Shown here piece by piece: positions 26,181 to 37,403 of a stretch of 64,000 bases of DNA. The DNA comes from Octopus vulgaris. Lineage: Eukaryota. A model generated the notes under the pieces. The model saw only the letters and a program-made list of their open reading frames with translations. It did no database searches and was not told the origin of the DNA. The position numbers were made by a program, and so were the translations under genes. The stretch covers positions 70,494,001-70,558,000 of the forward strand of contig OX597831.1 in assembly GCA_951406725.2 (NCBI GenBank), given 5' to 3'. How positions within the stretch are numbered: position 1 is the stretch's first letter; the number at the start of each line of letters is the position of its first letter.

Positions 26181-27287
26181 ATTGTTTTACAGTGTGTTGG
26201 CGTTGAAGTCCTTAGGTAGATCACATTCCGACATGATGGTCCTGTCGATATTGTTTGGGTATCTGTGTTGACTCTGACCAGGCTGAAACCGTTGTTGCTG
26301 TTTGTTACATGCATGGTTTCATTCAGCAGTATTCTTGCCAGATGAGAGATGCGAATCTGTCTGTTTCATGTGGTGTAGTGGTGTTCATCAGTTCATGCGG
26401 TAGGACACACTTCTGTTTCTGGTATTGGTGGATTTCTGTGTATATCGTGTATTTTAATTTTCTTAAACGAATGGAAATTGAACTGGCGAATGTACTAGAT
26501 ATTAAGGCAGTATGACTCTCTCCAGACACAACTAAACCCTACTACTACTTCTACTACTACTACTGCTACTGCTGTTGCTTCTGCTACTACTACTACAATT
26601 ACTATTCATAATAATAATGATAGATATGGAGTGAGATGATCATGATGATGCTGGTTAGAGAGCTGAACAGTTGGAGCCGGTTTATTGGGTCGTAGGCAAT
26701 AAAATATTAAACCAAGAATATCTCAATGAAGAGGAAAAAGGAACAACAGAAAATAGCAACATCATATATACATACATACATATATGTATATACACACACA
26801 CTTGCACACATTTACATATATATATATACATACATACATATATATTTACATGCAAAATTTATTTACTGTATTTTTTTACATTGCTTCTAGTTTTTGTTTT
26901 AGCTTCTTCATTTTTGCTTTCATCTTGCTTCTGTATCTTTGGCTCCATATTAGTGTCCCTAGACAATTTTCCCATCTTTTGGTCTGAGTACACTCTTATT
27001 TATTTTCATTCTTTGTTTTTGACTTCAGAAAACATTTAGCAAAATCAAAGCTTCAAAGTAACATAGCAGACAAAGGGTTTTATATCTGCATCTAAATTTG
27101 AGAGTGCAGAAAAATGCATTCGTTGAAATACTATCGCTCCTGTGGCCCCTCCAAGATGAGGTGCCATTAATATTAAGCTTTATTAGTCTTACAGTAAATC
27201 TACCACTGATATATTCATATAGCTATCTGGCTGTCTAACTGTCTGACGTGCGTACGTACAGACAGATGAATGGACAGATAGACAAGT

Positions 27288-28528
27288 GCATAGGCTGACC
27301 AAGATACTCTCATGGAATGTGACCAATTGAGGTTTATTTTTCAACATGGTCTCCCTTGTGGTCCACACATTTCTTCCATCGGTGTTGCAGTGCTTTGATT
27401 TCCTTGAAGAAGTTTTCATCTCAGTCAAAAAAGACATCAACAGCAGATATGACATCATCATCACTGCAATACTGGTTCCTAGCCAAGTGTCTTTTCATGA
27501 CGGGGAACAGATGATAGTCAAATGCAGCCAAATCAGGAGAACAGGGAGGTTGATCAACCAGTTCAAAGCCACAGTCATGGACAGCAGCCATTGAAACCAA
27601 GCTGGAGCATTGTCCTGATTACACAAGACCCCTTTCTTCAGTTTTCCTATGTGTGACATCTTGGTAGCTTTTTGTTACTGTCTCAGTACTCTCCATTGAT
27701 GCTGTGACCCTTTTGAAGAAGATGGTCTGTAAAGCATGATGTATTTTCTATCCGAAAAAACTGAGGCCACCATCTTCTCTGCAGATGAAACGACCTTGGC
27801 CTTCATTGGAGCAGGTGAGGAGGTGTGTTTCCACTGCACGGATTGTCTCTTTGTCTCTGGGCTCAAAGTGATGAACCCAACACTCATCCTGGGTTAGAAA
27901 ATGTTCAAGGAAACCATTTGGGTCTGCTTGAAACAATGTCAGATTTTGCCGCGATGTGCTCAGCCTGGTATGCTTTTGATCGGGTGTCAAAAGACATGGC
28001 ATCCCTTGAGCAGAAACCTTCATAATGCCAAGTTCATTGTGCAGAATATTCTTAACTCTCATGGGATATGATAATAGCATTGGCTGTTTGATTTGTAGTC
28101 AATCACCAGTTATTCATCACTATATGGTGAACACAATGTTTTCTTTGGTGATGGCAGTTTTAAGACATCTGGATGTCGGGTTTTCTTCAAGATTCTCTCT
28201 TCTCCTAAATTCAGCTGCTTCCTTTTGCACTATTGATAAAGCTGGAGTATAACCCACTAATATAGCAAGCATGTCAGCATGAATGTCCCTGGGAGCTAAA
28301 CCCTTTTTCTGCAGGTGCTTGATAATACCAGATGCTAAATTTTGTCCATCTTTAAGAGAAATACTTACTTGTTAACTCTTGAAATCCCCTTTGAACAGTC
28401 AGATGTCAGTTTAGCTGAAAAGAATCAGCACAATAATAAAAAGAGGGGAAATTAAAGCCTGCAAGATTTCACAGCTCTAGCAACACTCATTCATAGTCAG
28501 CCTATGACCTTTTGAACCCACCCTCGTA
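27288..28528 (-). mobile_element. Tc1/mariner transposon, decayed
   Basis: ILHNELGIMKVSA..CLLT, TQDECWVHHFEPETKRQSVQWKH, KMVASVF; TIR remnant CATAGGCTGAC at the left pairs with GTCAGCCTATG..CCCTCGTA at the right. Confidence 0.9.
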
Positions 28529-28703
28529 CATATATGAATATTATTGGGCAAAGTAACTGTGACTTAGAAATATTGCTGCCATTGACCCTGTCTTACAAAC
28601 TACTGCCAAAGAAATTTCGAAGTCACAGTCACCTTGCAATTCATTTAAATGATATGTTTAAATTCTCTCCTAGTATTGAATCATTTTTAAAGTTTTCTAT
28701 AAT

Positions 28704-28937
28704 TTATTTCTTTACTGCCCACAAGGGGCTAAATGCAGAGAGGACAAACAAGGACAGACAAACGGATTAAGTCGATTATATCGTCCCCAGTGCATAACTG
28801 GTACTTATTTAATCGACCCCGAAAGGATGAAAGGCAAAGTCGACCTTGGCGGAATTTGAACTCAGAACGTAACGGCAGACGAAATATGGCTACGCATTTT
28901 GCCCGGCATGCTAACGTTTCTGCCAGCTCGCCGCCTT
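28704..28937 (-). mobile_element. SINE family B, full length, 14-bp TSD
   Basis: Consensus match; AAGTTTTCTATAAT on both flanks. Confidence 0.92.
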
Positions 28938-28959
28938 AAGTTTTCTATAATGACACACT

Positions 28960-29375
28960 GTATGGTCATGAGGATTGGGTAATAATCAAAAGACTACGAT
29001 TACAAGTGGGCATGGTTGAAATTCTTCTGAATCATATTGGGAGTAATGTTACCCAACAGGGTGCATAACTTAGAGATCAGGGTGTCGCTATAGGCTGTGC
29101 TGCTACTTCTCTGCATTGAGAGATCACAGCTCCAGTACTATAGCCATGTGATCAGAATGTTAGAGAAAAGAACTGCAAGACAAATTCTTCAAGCTGAGCC
29201 AACTGGCAGGAGACCTAAAAATGGACAAAGAATGAAACAGTTGCATAGTATTTATGCTTTCATTTGGTTACACTTGGGAATCCAGCTGAAGAGTGTAATG
29301 ACAGTTGCTTTTTATATGACCCAGTGGAGGTGTCTGAGAACCCTACCCCCATGACCCACTGGGGAACAGTGGGCA
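28960..29375 (+). mobile_element. RTE-type LINE 3' fragment, decayed
   Basis: IERSQLQYYSHVIRM..RTARQILQAEPTGRRP. Confidence 0.7.
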
Positions 29376-29627
29376 GAGAAGATAGATGATATATAAAAAC
29401 CCTCATCATCGCCATCATCAATATCAGTGTTGTGATATCCACTTTCCCATGCTTGTATGGGTAAGATAAAATTTTTGTTGACATAGATAATTGTTCTGTG
29501 GTTGGATTCTCTTCTGGTCACCAATCCTTACCTGTTTTCTAGTCATATTTCCCCAGGGGCTGGAAAGGATTTCGGGAAAAAGTGCAAACAAATGAAACTT
29601 TTGTATGATGTTTAGTTTACTCTCTCT

Positions 29628-30020
29628 TTTACTCTTTTACTTGTTTCAGTCATTTGACTGTGACCATGCTGGAGCACAGCCTTTGGTCAAGCAAATCGAT
29701 CCCAGGACTTATTCTTTGTAAGCCTAGTACTTATTCTATCAGTCTCTTTTGCTGAACTGCTAAGTTACGGGTACGTAAACACACCAGCATCAGTTGTCAA
29801 GCGATGTTGGGGGGGAGGGACAAACACAGACACACAAACACACACACACACACACACATATATATACATATATACGATGAGCCTCTTTCCACTCACAAGG
29901 CTTTGGTCAACCCGAGGCTATAGTAGAAGACACTTGCCCAAAGTGCCATGCAGTGGGACTGAACCCGAAACCTTATGGCTGGTAAACAAGCTACTTACCA
30001 CACAGCCACTCCTATGCCTT
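29628..30020 (-). mobile_element. SINE family A
   Basis: Consensus match with a small internal deletion. Confidence 0.9.
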
Positions 30021-30152
30021 GCAGCTTGGTTACTATTAGCCTGCTCGCACACATACACGAATATATTGATGCACAGTGGGCTTCTTCCAGTTATCATATT
30101 TCACTCACAACGCATTGGTCAACCAGTGGCAGTAGTAGTACTCATATATGTA

Positions 30153-30388
30153 CAGGCGGCGAGCTGGCAGAAACGTTAGCACGCCGGGCGAAATGCGTAG
30201 CCGTATTCCGTCTGTTGTTACGTTAAGAGTTCAAATTCCGCCGAGGTCGACTTTGCCTTTCATCCTTTCGAGGTCGATAAATTAAGTACCAGTTACGCAC
30301 TGGGGATCAATGCAATCGACTTAATTCGTTTGTCTGTCCTTGTTTGTCCACTCTGCATTTAGCCCCTTGTGGGTAGTAAAGAAATATA
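30153..30388 (+). mobile_element. SINE family B, full length
   Basis: Consensus match; flanked by ATATGTAC repeats. Confidence 0.9.
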
Positions 30389-30519
30389 TATGTACTCTTT
30401 TACTCATTTCAGCCATGTAGCTGTGGTCATGGTTGAGCCCCACCATGAAAGCACATGACATAATAGTTTGGATATTCAGCTCATGAATATCCTAACTATT
30501 ATATCAGTTCAATAGCCAG

Positions 30520-30760
30520 AGGTGCATTGTGTTCTTGAGCAAGACTTTTTATTTCACATTGCTTCAGTCCACTCAGCAGGCAAAAATGAGTAGTGCCTGT
30601 ATTTCAAAGGGCTAAGACTTGTCCTATTCTGTGTCAAACTGAGTCTCCCTGAGGACTATATTAAGACCATGTGTGTCTCAAGAGTGCTCAGCCACTTGCA
30701 CATTAATTTCCATTCATCAGATCAACTGGAACATCCATCGTCATAACCGATCAAGAGCCA
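30520..30760 (+). mobile_element. SINE family C fragment
   Basis: TTGTGTTCTTGAGCAAGAC..TTTATTTCACATTGCT.CAGT.CACTCA shared with 34105-34430. Confidence 0.65.
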
Positions 30761-31380
30761 GATATTCACAGGTAGACAAACAAACAATTACATACATTTA
30801 AAAAATTGTAAACCAACAATGAGGGCAAATCTATAAGAATCAAATAGTCAAGTTTATAAATATATTAAAAAATTGTGATTCTGTCCCTCAGAACTCGGAA
30901 TTTTACATTTCTGCTTTTTACAGCAAATGTTATTCTTAGTCAATCAGAAAACTTTATAGGTATTTGAAATTTACAAAGTCGATATTAATTGATAGCAAAA
31001 CCATTTTTCGTCTATTGCAGTATATGTATATAAACATTTGTACATATATGTATACATGTGCATATGTGTGTATGTGCATGTGCATGAGTGCATCTACGTT
31101 TGTGTCTGTATAGGTATATAAAAGTAATCTTTGAAGGTGTTGACATTAACAGACATAAAATGTATATATTTAAGAATTAAATCGATTGATTTACCTACTC
31201 ACTACTATAATCAATATTTGCATTATTTACATACTAGTAATTTTATAAGACTCTCATCAAATGTCACTTTACTCACAAACACTATTAGATGAAGCCACCA
31301 TTACAATTTTTAACATGCTTCTAGATTTATATACCCCTCCACGCATGCACACACACATACACACACTCTCACATATATAC

Positions 31381-31411
<31 letters not shown>

Positions 31412-31685
31412 TATATATGCAAGCATATACATTTATATATACATATATATATATATACATGCACACACTCACACAAACACACACACAACTCACACAGACA
31501 CACACATATATATAAAGAGAGAGAGAGAGAGAGAAAGAGAGGGAAAAAGAGAAAGATAAACCAAGTATTTGTGAAGCAAACTTCTCAACTGTGCAGTCAT
31601 GCCTTTCAAGTGTGTGTCTGAGTGTGTACATAAATCACTTTAATTCAGGCTTCTATACAGTTTCTCTCTCTCTCTCTTTTCCTCC

Positions 31686-31876
31686 CTTTTACTTGTTTCA
31701 GTCATTTGACTGTGGCCATGCTGGAGCACTGCCTTTAGTCGAGCAAATCGACTCCAGGATTTATTCTTTGTAAGCCCAGTACTTATTCTATCAGTCTCTT
31801 TTGCTAAACCGCTAATTTACGGGGACGTAAACACACCATATTGTCAAGCAATATTGGGGGGACAAACACAGGCACA

Positions 31877-31956
<80 letters not shown>

Positions 31957-32118
31957 CATACGAACGGCTTCTTTCAGTTTCTGTTTACCAAATCCACTCA
32001 CAAGGCTTTGGTCGGCTCAAGGCTATAGTATAAGACACTTGCTCAAGATGCCACACAGTCGGACTGAACCCGGAACCATGTGGTTGGTAAACAAGCTACT
32101 TACCACACAGCCACTTCT
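31686..32118 (-). mobile_element. SINE family A
   Basis: Consensus match; internal (CA)n(TA)n. Confidence 0.9.
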
Positions 32119-32179
32119 GTTAATTTTTTTTCACTTTCATGGCTTAGATTATCCCAAAGCTATGGTAATCCGTAATCCT

Positions 32180-32392
32180 TTTTACCAAAGGCAGAAGGCC
32201 TGAAATTTTGGTTGCAGGTGCTTGTTGATAATAACACCATTTTATTGGACTGGTACTTATTTCATGAACCTTAAAATAATGAATGGCAAAGTCAAACCTC
32301 AGCACACTTTGAACTCAGAATGTGAAGACAGACAAAATTCTGCCAAGCATCTTGTCTAACAAACTGAGGATTCTGTCAGCTCACTGCCTTAC
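32180..32392 (-). mobile_element. SINE family B, diverged
   Basis: CTGGTACTTATTT..GGCAAAGTC..TTTGAACTCAGAA..CAGCTCACTGCCTT. Confidence 0.7.
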
Positions 32393-32753
32393 CTGAGGTC
32401 ATGATAATATCATTTTTTTATGGTGCCATGCTGGAGTATTGAACCATGAACTTCATTTTGTGATGTCAGATTTTTTAACCATTCTGCCATTCATGCACCT
32501 ATGTTTAATATTGGGGCTGTTAAATTATGACGTCATTGATTACATTGCATTTACTTAATAAAGAATTCCATTTTTTGGTGCAGTCAGGTTTTTTCTTATA
32601 TGTGTGTGTTTGAGTATGTGTGTGTTTGAGTGTGTGTGTGTACACAATAATGTAATGGAGTCTTAGCAGTAGCTTAAGTTTCATGTTCAAGTGAAACATC
32701 TTTTCAATAAATAACTTTTTACAGTTCTAGAAACTTAACCTAGTTTTCTTTAA

Positions 32754-32974
32754 CCCTTTCATTACTGTATTTATTTTGAGATGCTCTGTGTTTCTTTCAA
32801 TTACTTTAAATATAACAAAGAATTTGGTAAAATAACTTAGTTATCATTTACCTAGTGTTAGGAACATAAATTGTGACTAAGGTTTGGTGGAAGATTTTAA
32901 TTCAAAACTTATGTAAACAAGACATTTGTACTACAGAGCCAGAAGTGGTTTCCGCTAGGTTGGTATCAAAAGGG
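32754..32974. mobile_element. piggyBac-type MITE, copy 1
   Basis: TTAA-CCCTTT...AAAGGG-TTAA termini. Confidence 0.85.
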
Positions 32975-33005
32975 TTAAGAATTGTTTCTCTATTAAATAT
33001 TTTAA

Positions 33006-33225
33006 CCCTTTTGTTACTGTATTTATTTTGAGATGCTCTGTGTTTCTTTCAATTATTTTAAATATAACAAAGAATTTAGTAAAATAACTTAGTCATCATT
33101 AAGCTAGTGTTAGGAACATAAATTGTGACTAAGGTTTGGTGGAAGACTTAATTCAAACCTTATGAAAACAAGACATTTGTACTACAGAGCCAGAGCTGGT
33201 TTCAGCCGGGCTGGTAATGAAAGGG
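33006..33225. mobile_element. piggyBac-type MITE, copy 2
   Basis: TTAA-CCCTTT...AAAGGG-TTAA; highly similar to copy 1. Confidence 0.85.
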
Positions 33226-33570
33226 TTAAATCAGAGTAACTTCCCTTCTACTATCACCATATCTTCTTGCAATGTCGTGTAAATCCCCAACAGCCACATT
33301 TTGTATATTTTCCAGCCCATTCCTGTTGAATCCGTAATATTATTATGTTCCATTTATCCCAAATAAAATAAATGCTTTGCTTGAACATGGAACAGCAATT
33401 ACTGCTAAGTTTCCATTGAAATACTGAGTAGAGAACATTTACAACTCAAGAATTTAGTACCTTTATTTATCAAACTCTATCCATATATGTATATGGGTGT
33501 GTGGATATATGTGTTTTCGTATTTGTTTGGATGAATGAACTTATATAAAGAAACATTTATATACACATAA

Positions 33571-33969
33571 GGCGCAGCAGTGGCTGTGTGGTAAGTAGCT
33601 TGCTAACCAACCACATGGTTCCAGGTTCAGTCCGACTGCGTGACTCCATGGGCAAGTGTCTTCTATTATAGCCTCGGGCCGACCAAAGCCTTGTGAGTGG
33701 ATTTGGTAGACGGAAACTGAAAGAAGCCCGTCATATATATTTATATATCTATATGTGTACGTATATGTTTGTGTGTCTGTATTTGTCCCCCCCAACATTG
33801 CTTGACAACCGATGCTGGTGTGTTTACGTCCCAGTCACTTAGCGGTTCGGCAAAAGAGACCGATAGAATAAGTACTAGGCTTCCAAAGAATAAGTCCTGG
33901 GGTCAATTTGCTCAATTAAAGACAATGCTCCAGCATGGCCACAGTCAAATGACTGAAACAAGTAAAAGA
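33571..33969 (+). mobile_element. SINE family A, full length, flanked by an 82-bp direct repeat
   Basis: A-box TGGCTGTGTGG, B-box GGTTCAGTCC; flanks 33489-33570 and 33970-34051 are near-identical. Confidence 0.92.
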
Positions 33970-34104
33970 GTATGTGGGTGTGTGGATATATGTGTTTTCA
34001 TATTTGTTTGGATGAATGAACTTATATAAAGAAACAGTTATATACACATAACTACATGGGACTATATGAATGTTTGTAAATATATCTGTATATATTAGCT
34101 TTAA

Positions 34105-34430
34105 AGCACATGGCTCAGTGGTCAAGAGCACATGGCTCAATGGTTAGAGCGTCAGGCTCATAATCATGAGGTAGTGAGTACAATTCCCAGACGGGGCTGT
34201 GTGTTGTGTTCTTGGGCAAGACACTTTATTTCACATTGCTCCAGTTCACTCACTTGCAGAAATGATTTGTGATGTCACTGGTGCCAAGCTGTATCGACCT
34301 TTGCCTTTCTCCTGGAGAACATTAGTGGTGTGGAGTGTGGAGGCTGGTATGCATGGGCGACTGCTGGTCTTCCATAATCAACTTTGCCTGGACAACCTCA
34401 TGGTCATTCATGACCAAACGGGGTCTTTTA
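34105..34430 (+). mobile_element. tRNA-derived SINE family C, with a duplicated head
   Basis: GCACATGGCTCAGTGG occurs twice (second copy with one change); tRNA-like GGTTAGAGCGTCAGGCTCATAATC; core TTGTGTTCTTGGGCAAGACACTT. Confidence 0.75.
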
Positions 34431-34511
34431 AGATGTCTTTACCGTTTTATTGGCCTTGATGTAGGGATGGATGATGAGCAAACATAGTTCTTTGGATATC
34501 TAAATATATGG

Positions 34512-34828
34512 GTATACTGGTTCCAGTGCCGGTGGCACATAAAAAGCACCATCCGAACGTGGCCGATGCCAGTGCCGCTTTGGCTGGCTTCCATGCCGGT
34601 GGCACGTTAAAAGCACCAAGCGATTGTGGCCGATGCCGGACTCCCCTGGCACCTGTGCAGGTGGCACGTAAAAAGCACCCACTACACTCACGGAGTGGTT
34701 GGTGTTAGGAAGGGCATCCAGCTGTAGAAACTCTGCCAGATCAGACTGGAACCTGGTGCAGCCTTTGGGCTTCCCAGACCCCGGACGAACCGTCCAACCC
34801 GTGCTAGCACGGAAAACGGATGTTAAAC

Positions 34829-34866
<38 letters not shown>
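34512..34866 (+). mobile_element. Family D repeat ending in (GAT)n
   Basis: Tandem ~60-bp units; tail GCTAGCACGGAAAACGGATGTTAAACGATGATGAT. Confidence 0.85.
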
Positions 34867-34868
<2 letters not shown>

Positions 34869-35494
34869 TTGACATGTGCTTTTGTATGCATAGACATGCA
34901 CACACACATTAAATTTCCGTTAATATTACATCTGCTGATATAAGATAATAAGTACCTACAACCAGTGCTCAGTTTGACTTCCTGCCTAAATCCAACGAGA
35001 ACTGTAATTAAAAATGTAAAGGTGTTATAGATGTCTAGATAAGGATTGTTTATAGGCAGTTCTTCAATCGAACTGGTACCTGTTTAATAGAATAAAGGTA
35101 GAGGCAAGTAAGCAACTGGTATCAAGCCAGATAATGACATTTATTTATTTGTACATTTATACTAAGGCAGAAATAGATGGTCACTAAAATGCTTGCAGGG
35201 AAATGTGCCAACAACACATCTATTCTTGAAACAGCTGTAGGAGACTACCTGTACAGCTTCTTTCTTTTCTCAACCAGCTTTGGAGTCTAGCTATGATTGT
35301 CTGCATTATTCTACTATCTAACATCAACAATACAGACTTTCTTTATAACTGTGTGTTTGTGTATAAATCTGTGCATGTGTCTGTATTGGATATACACATA
35401 CATGGCTGTATACACAAGCATCATGGCAGAATGCATATGGAGATCAAATCACATGCATATATATATATATATTCGTTTTGCAAGATTCTTCAGG

Positions 35495-35544
<50 letters not shown>

Positions 35545-35548
<4 letters not shown>

Positions 35549-35978
35549 TTAGGGAATAAATCCAAACTTACAGGGAAAAATCAGATTTAGGATTGAATCC
35601 AATTTATAGTAAAATATTATATTATAATAAATTAGAGACAAAACCACTATTATGCAAATCAAACAAAGAAAGACTTAATCCAATACATAAATTAATTTAT
35701 ATTATTTTGAAATTTAACAATTATTAATATCCACTACGATCGTTTCATGTCTTCTTTTCATCACATCTTTGAGTAGTAGACATTCTTCAGGTGGTTTCAA
35801 ATATTCTTGGCGAGTTTAAACTATGAACTCAAAGATGTGATGAAAAGAAGATATGAAACGATCATAGTGGATATTAATAATTGTTAAATTTCAAAATAAT
35901 ATAAATTAATTTATGTATTGGATTAAGTCTTTCTTTGTTTGATTTGCATAATAGTGGTTTTGTCTCTAATTTATTATA

Positions 35979-35983
<5 letters not shown>
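35545..35983 (-). mobile_element. Fold-back Penelope pseudo-LTR-like element inserted in (TA)n
   Basis: ~157-bp near-perfect inverted arms (35618-35774 and 35827-35983), a ~70-bp unpaired tail on the left, (TA)n on both sides; contains a hammerhead. Confidence 0.85.
35731..35794 (-). ncRNA. Type I minimal hammerhead ribozyme with an intact catalytic core
   Basis: Minus strand: CCAC-CUGAAGA-AUGUCU-[25 nt]-AGACAU-GAAAC-GAUC-GUA^GUGG; stem I 4 bp, stem II 6 bp, palindromic stem III loop. Confidence 0.85.
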
Positions 35984-36050
<67 letters not shown>

Positions 36051-36057
<7 letters not shown>

Positions 36058-36178
36058 TACTCAGATAGCATATGCATATATATATTTTTGCGTAGATATA
36101 CTAAATACTTCGATATATACACACTTGTTTATTTTCATATATATTATTATACATATGTTTCATACATTAATACACATG

Positions 36179-36232
<54 letters not shown>

Positions 36233-36404
36233 TTCATTTTGCAAGATTCTTGATGTGAATATATATATATATACATGGCCATGTGTATTAATGTATGAAA
36301 CATATGTATGATATATATGAAAATAAACAAGTGTGTATATATCGAAGTATTTAGTATATCTATGCAAAAATATATATATGCATATGCTATCTGAGTATTT
36401 TTAC
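36051..36404. repeat. Inverted duplication with ~130-bp arms around (TA)n
   Basis: 36051-36184 is the reverse complement of 36274-36404. Confidence 0.9.
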
Positions 36405-37039
36405 ATTTTAAGACTACATTTATAAATGTACCAAACATAGATTGCATTTATTTATGAACTTTTCCAATTTATTATAATCAATTAATCATTGATTAAGTTA
36501 AGTATATCTTTACTGCATATTATTCATACATTTATTCATTTATTTATCAATACATTTACATATTTGCATATTTCTTATACTTGTTTGTTTGTATGTATTT
36601 TCAAATATTGATCTTGTGGCAGTTTTATGCCTGTGTATTTTACTTAGTTTCAAATGATATCTTTGATCACACTGTCTACCTCTAATTCTTTGTTGTTATA
36701 TATATTTTGGGGAGGAATTATTTTCATTGTTAAGTATCAAATTTGTTCTAAACATTGGAATTTAAAAGAAAAATTCACTGAAATAATACAACAATATTTA
36801 TTGGAAACTGATAGCTTCACAAATCTTTACTCAAATTTTCTCATTTCTGGTCAACAGAGAATTGTTTATCACACTTATCATCTGTAGATTATCAAAACTG
36901 AGAAACAGAATGTAATGATTTGGAAAATTAATTATCACACACAGATGCACATGCACACATGCACACACACACACAAGTGAGTGGACAAACAAAAGAAAGA
37001 GGCACTCAATACATGTAGTAAGAGTTATAAACAGCTTAT

Positions 37040-37390
37040 TGCATTAGGTTCCTGTATTAAGCCTACAAAACTTTAAGTTGCATCAGACCAAATATAACTG
37101 TTGAAGAAAAACAAAAATGCAATCTCTTTAGATTTGAAATGGAGTACAGTAAAGATGATGCCAATTATAATTGGTGAGTTGGAAACAGTAAGCCAAGATA
37201 TAGACAAATGGCTGAAGGAGATTGAAATAGGATGCCCAGTAGAGATCCTACAGCAAGGATTATCAGGAGGGTTCTAAGCACTTAAAAGACTGCTGAAAAC
37301 TTGTGGATACCTAAGGTTACAGGTAGTAACCTGCTACCCACATAAATCCTAGACAAAATAATAATAATGATAATGATAATAATAATAAAT
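37040..37390 (+). mobile_element. R4/Dong-type (REL endonuclease) LINE 3' fragment ending in (TAA)n
   Basis: VKMMPIIIGELETVSQDIDKWLKEI..RIIRRVL, followed by (AAT)n. Confidence 0.65.
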
Positions 37391-37403
37391 TCTGCCAAGG
37401 TCG

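Larger units (their letters stand above)
22787..26530 (-). mobile_element. Penelope-like retroelement (RT plus C-terminal GIY-YIG endonuclease), decayed
   Basis: Motifs in order on the minus strand: MDKS (~25335), PVCRANISSNY (~25050), GSMYVVSLKPSIDID (RT motif A, ~24870), QVQGAAIG, RYVDD, FPVLD, YYMKP..HKNS (ORF 23383-24036), VMFVETTP, Cys-rich linker, NVVYTI..YIGETSRSIVERIKAH (GIY-YIG, ~22945-23055), DPSLREIQE. Confidence 0.9.

Noticed and set aside
25574-26314. 246-aa proline-rich ORF (extensin- or formin-like)
   Set aside because: It is a translation of a (GGT)n microsatellite inside the decayed Penelope-like element
27675-28080. SETMAR-like host gene
   Set aside because: Only a frameshifted mariner transposase between TIRs; no SET domain
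33571-33645. tRNA genes at SINE heads (also ~34127-34195)
   Set aside because: A and B boxes are present, but I see no complete cloverleaf, and each continues into a SINE body
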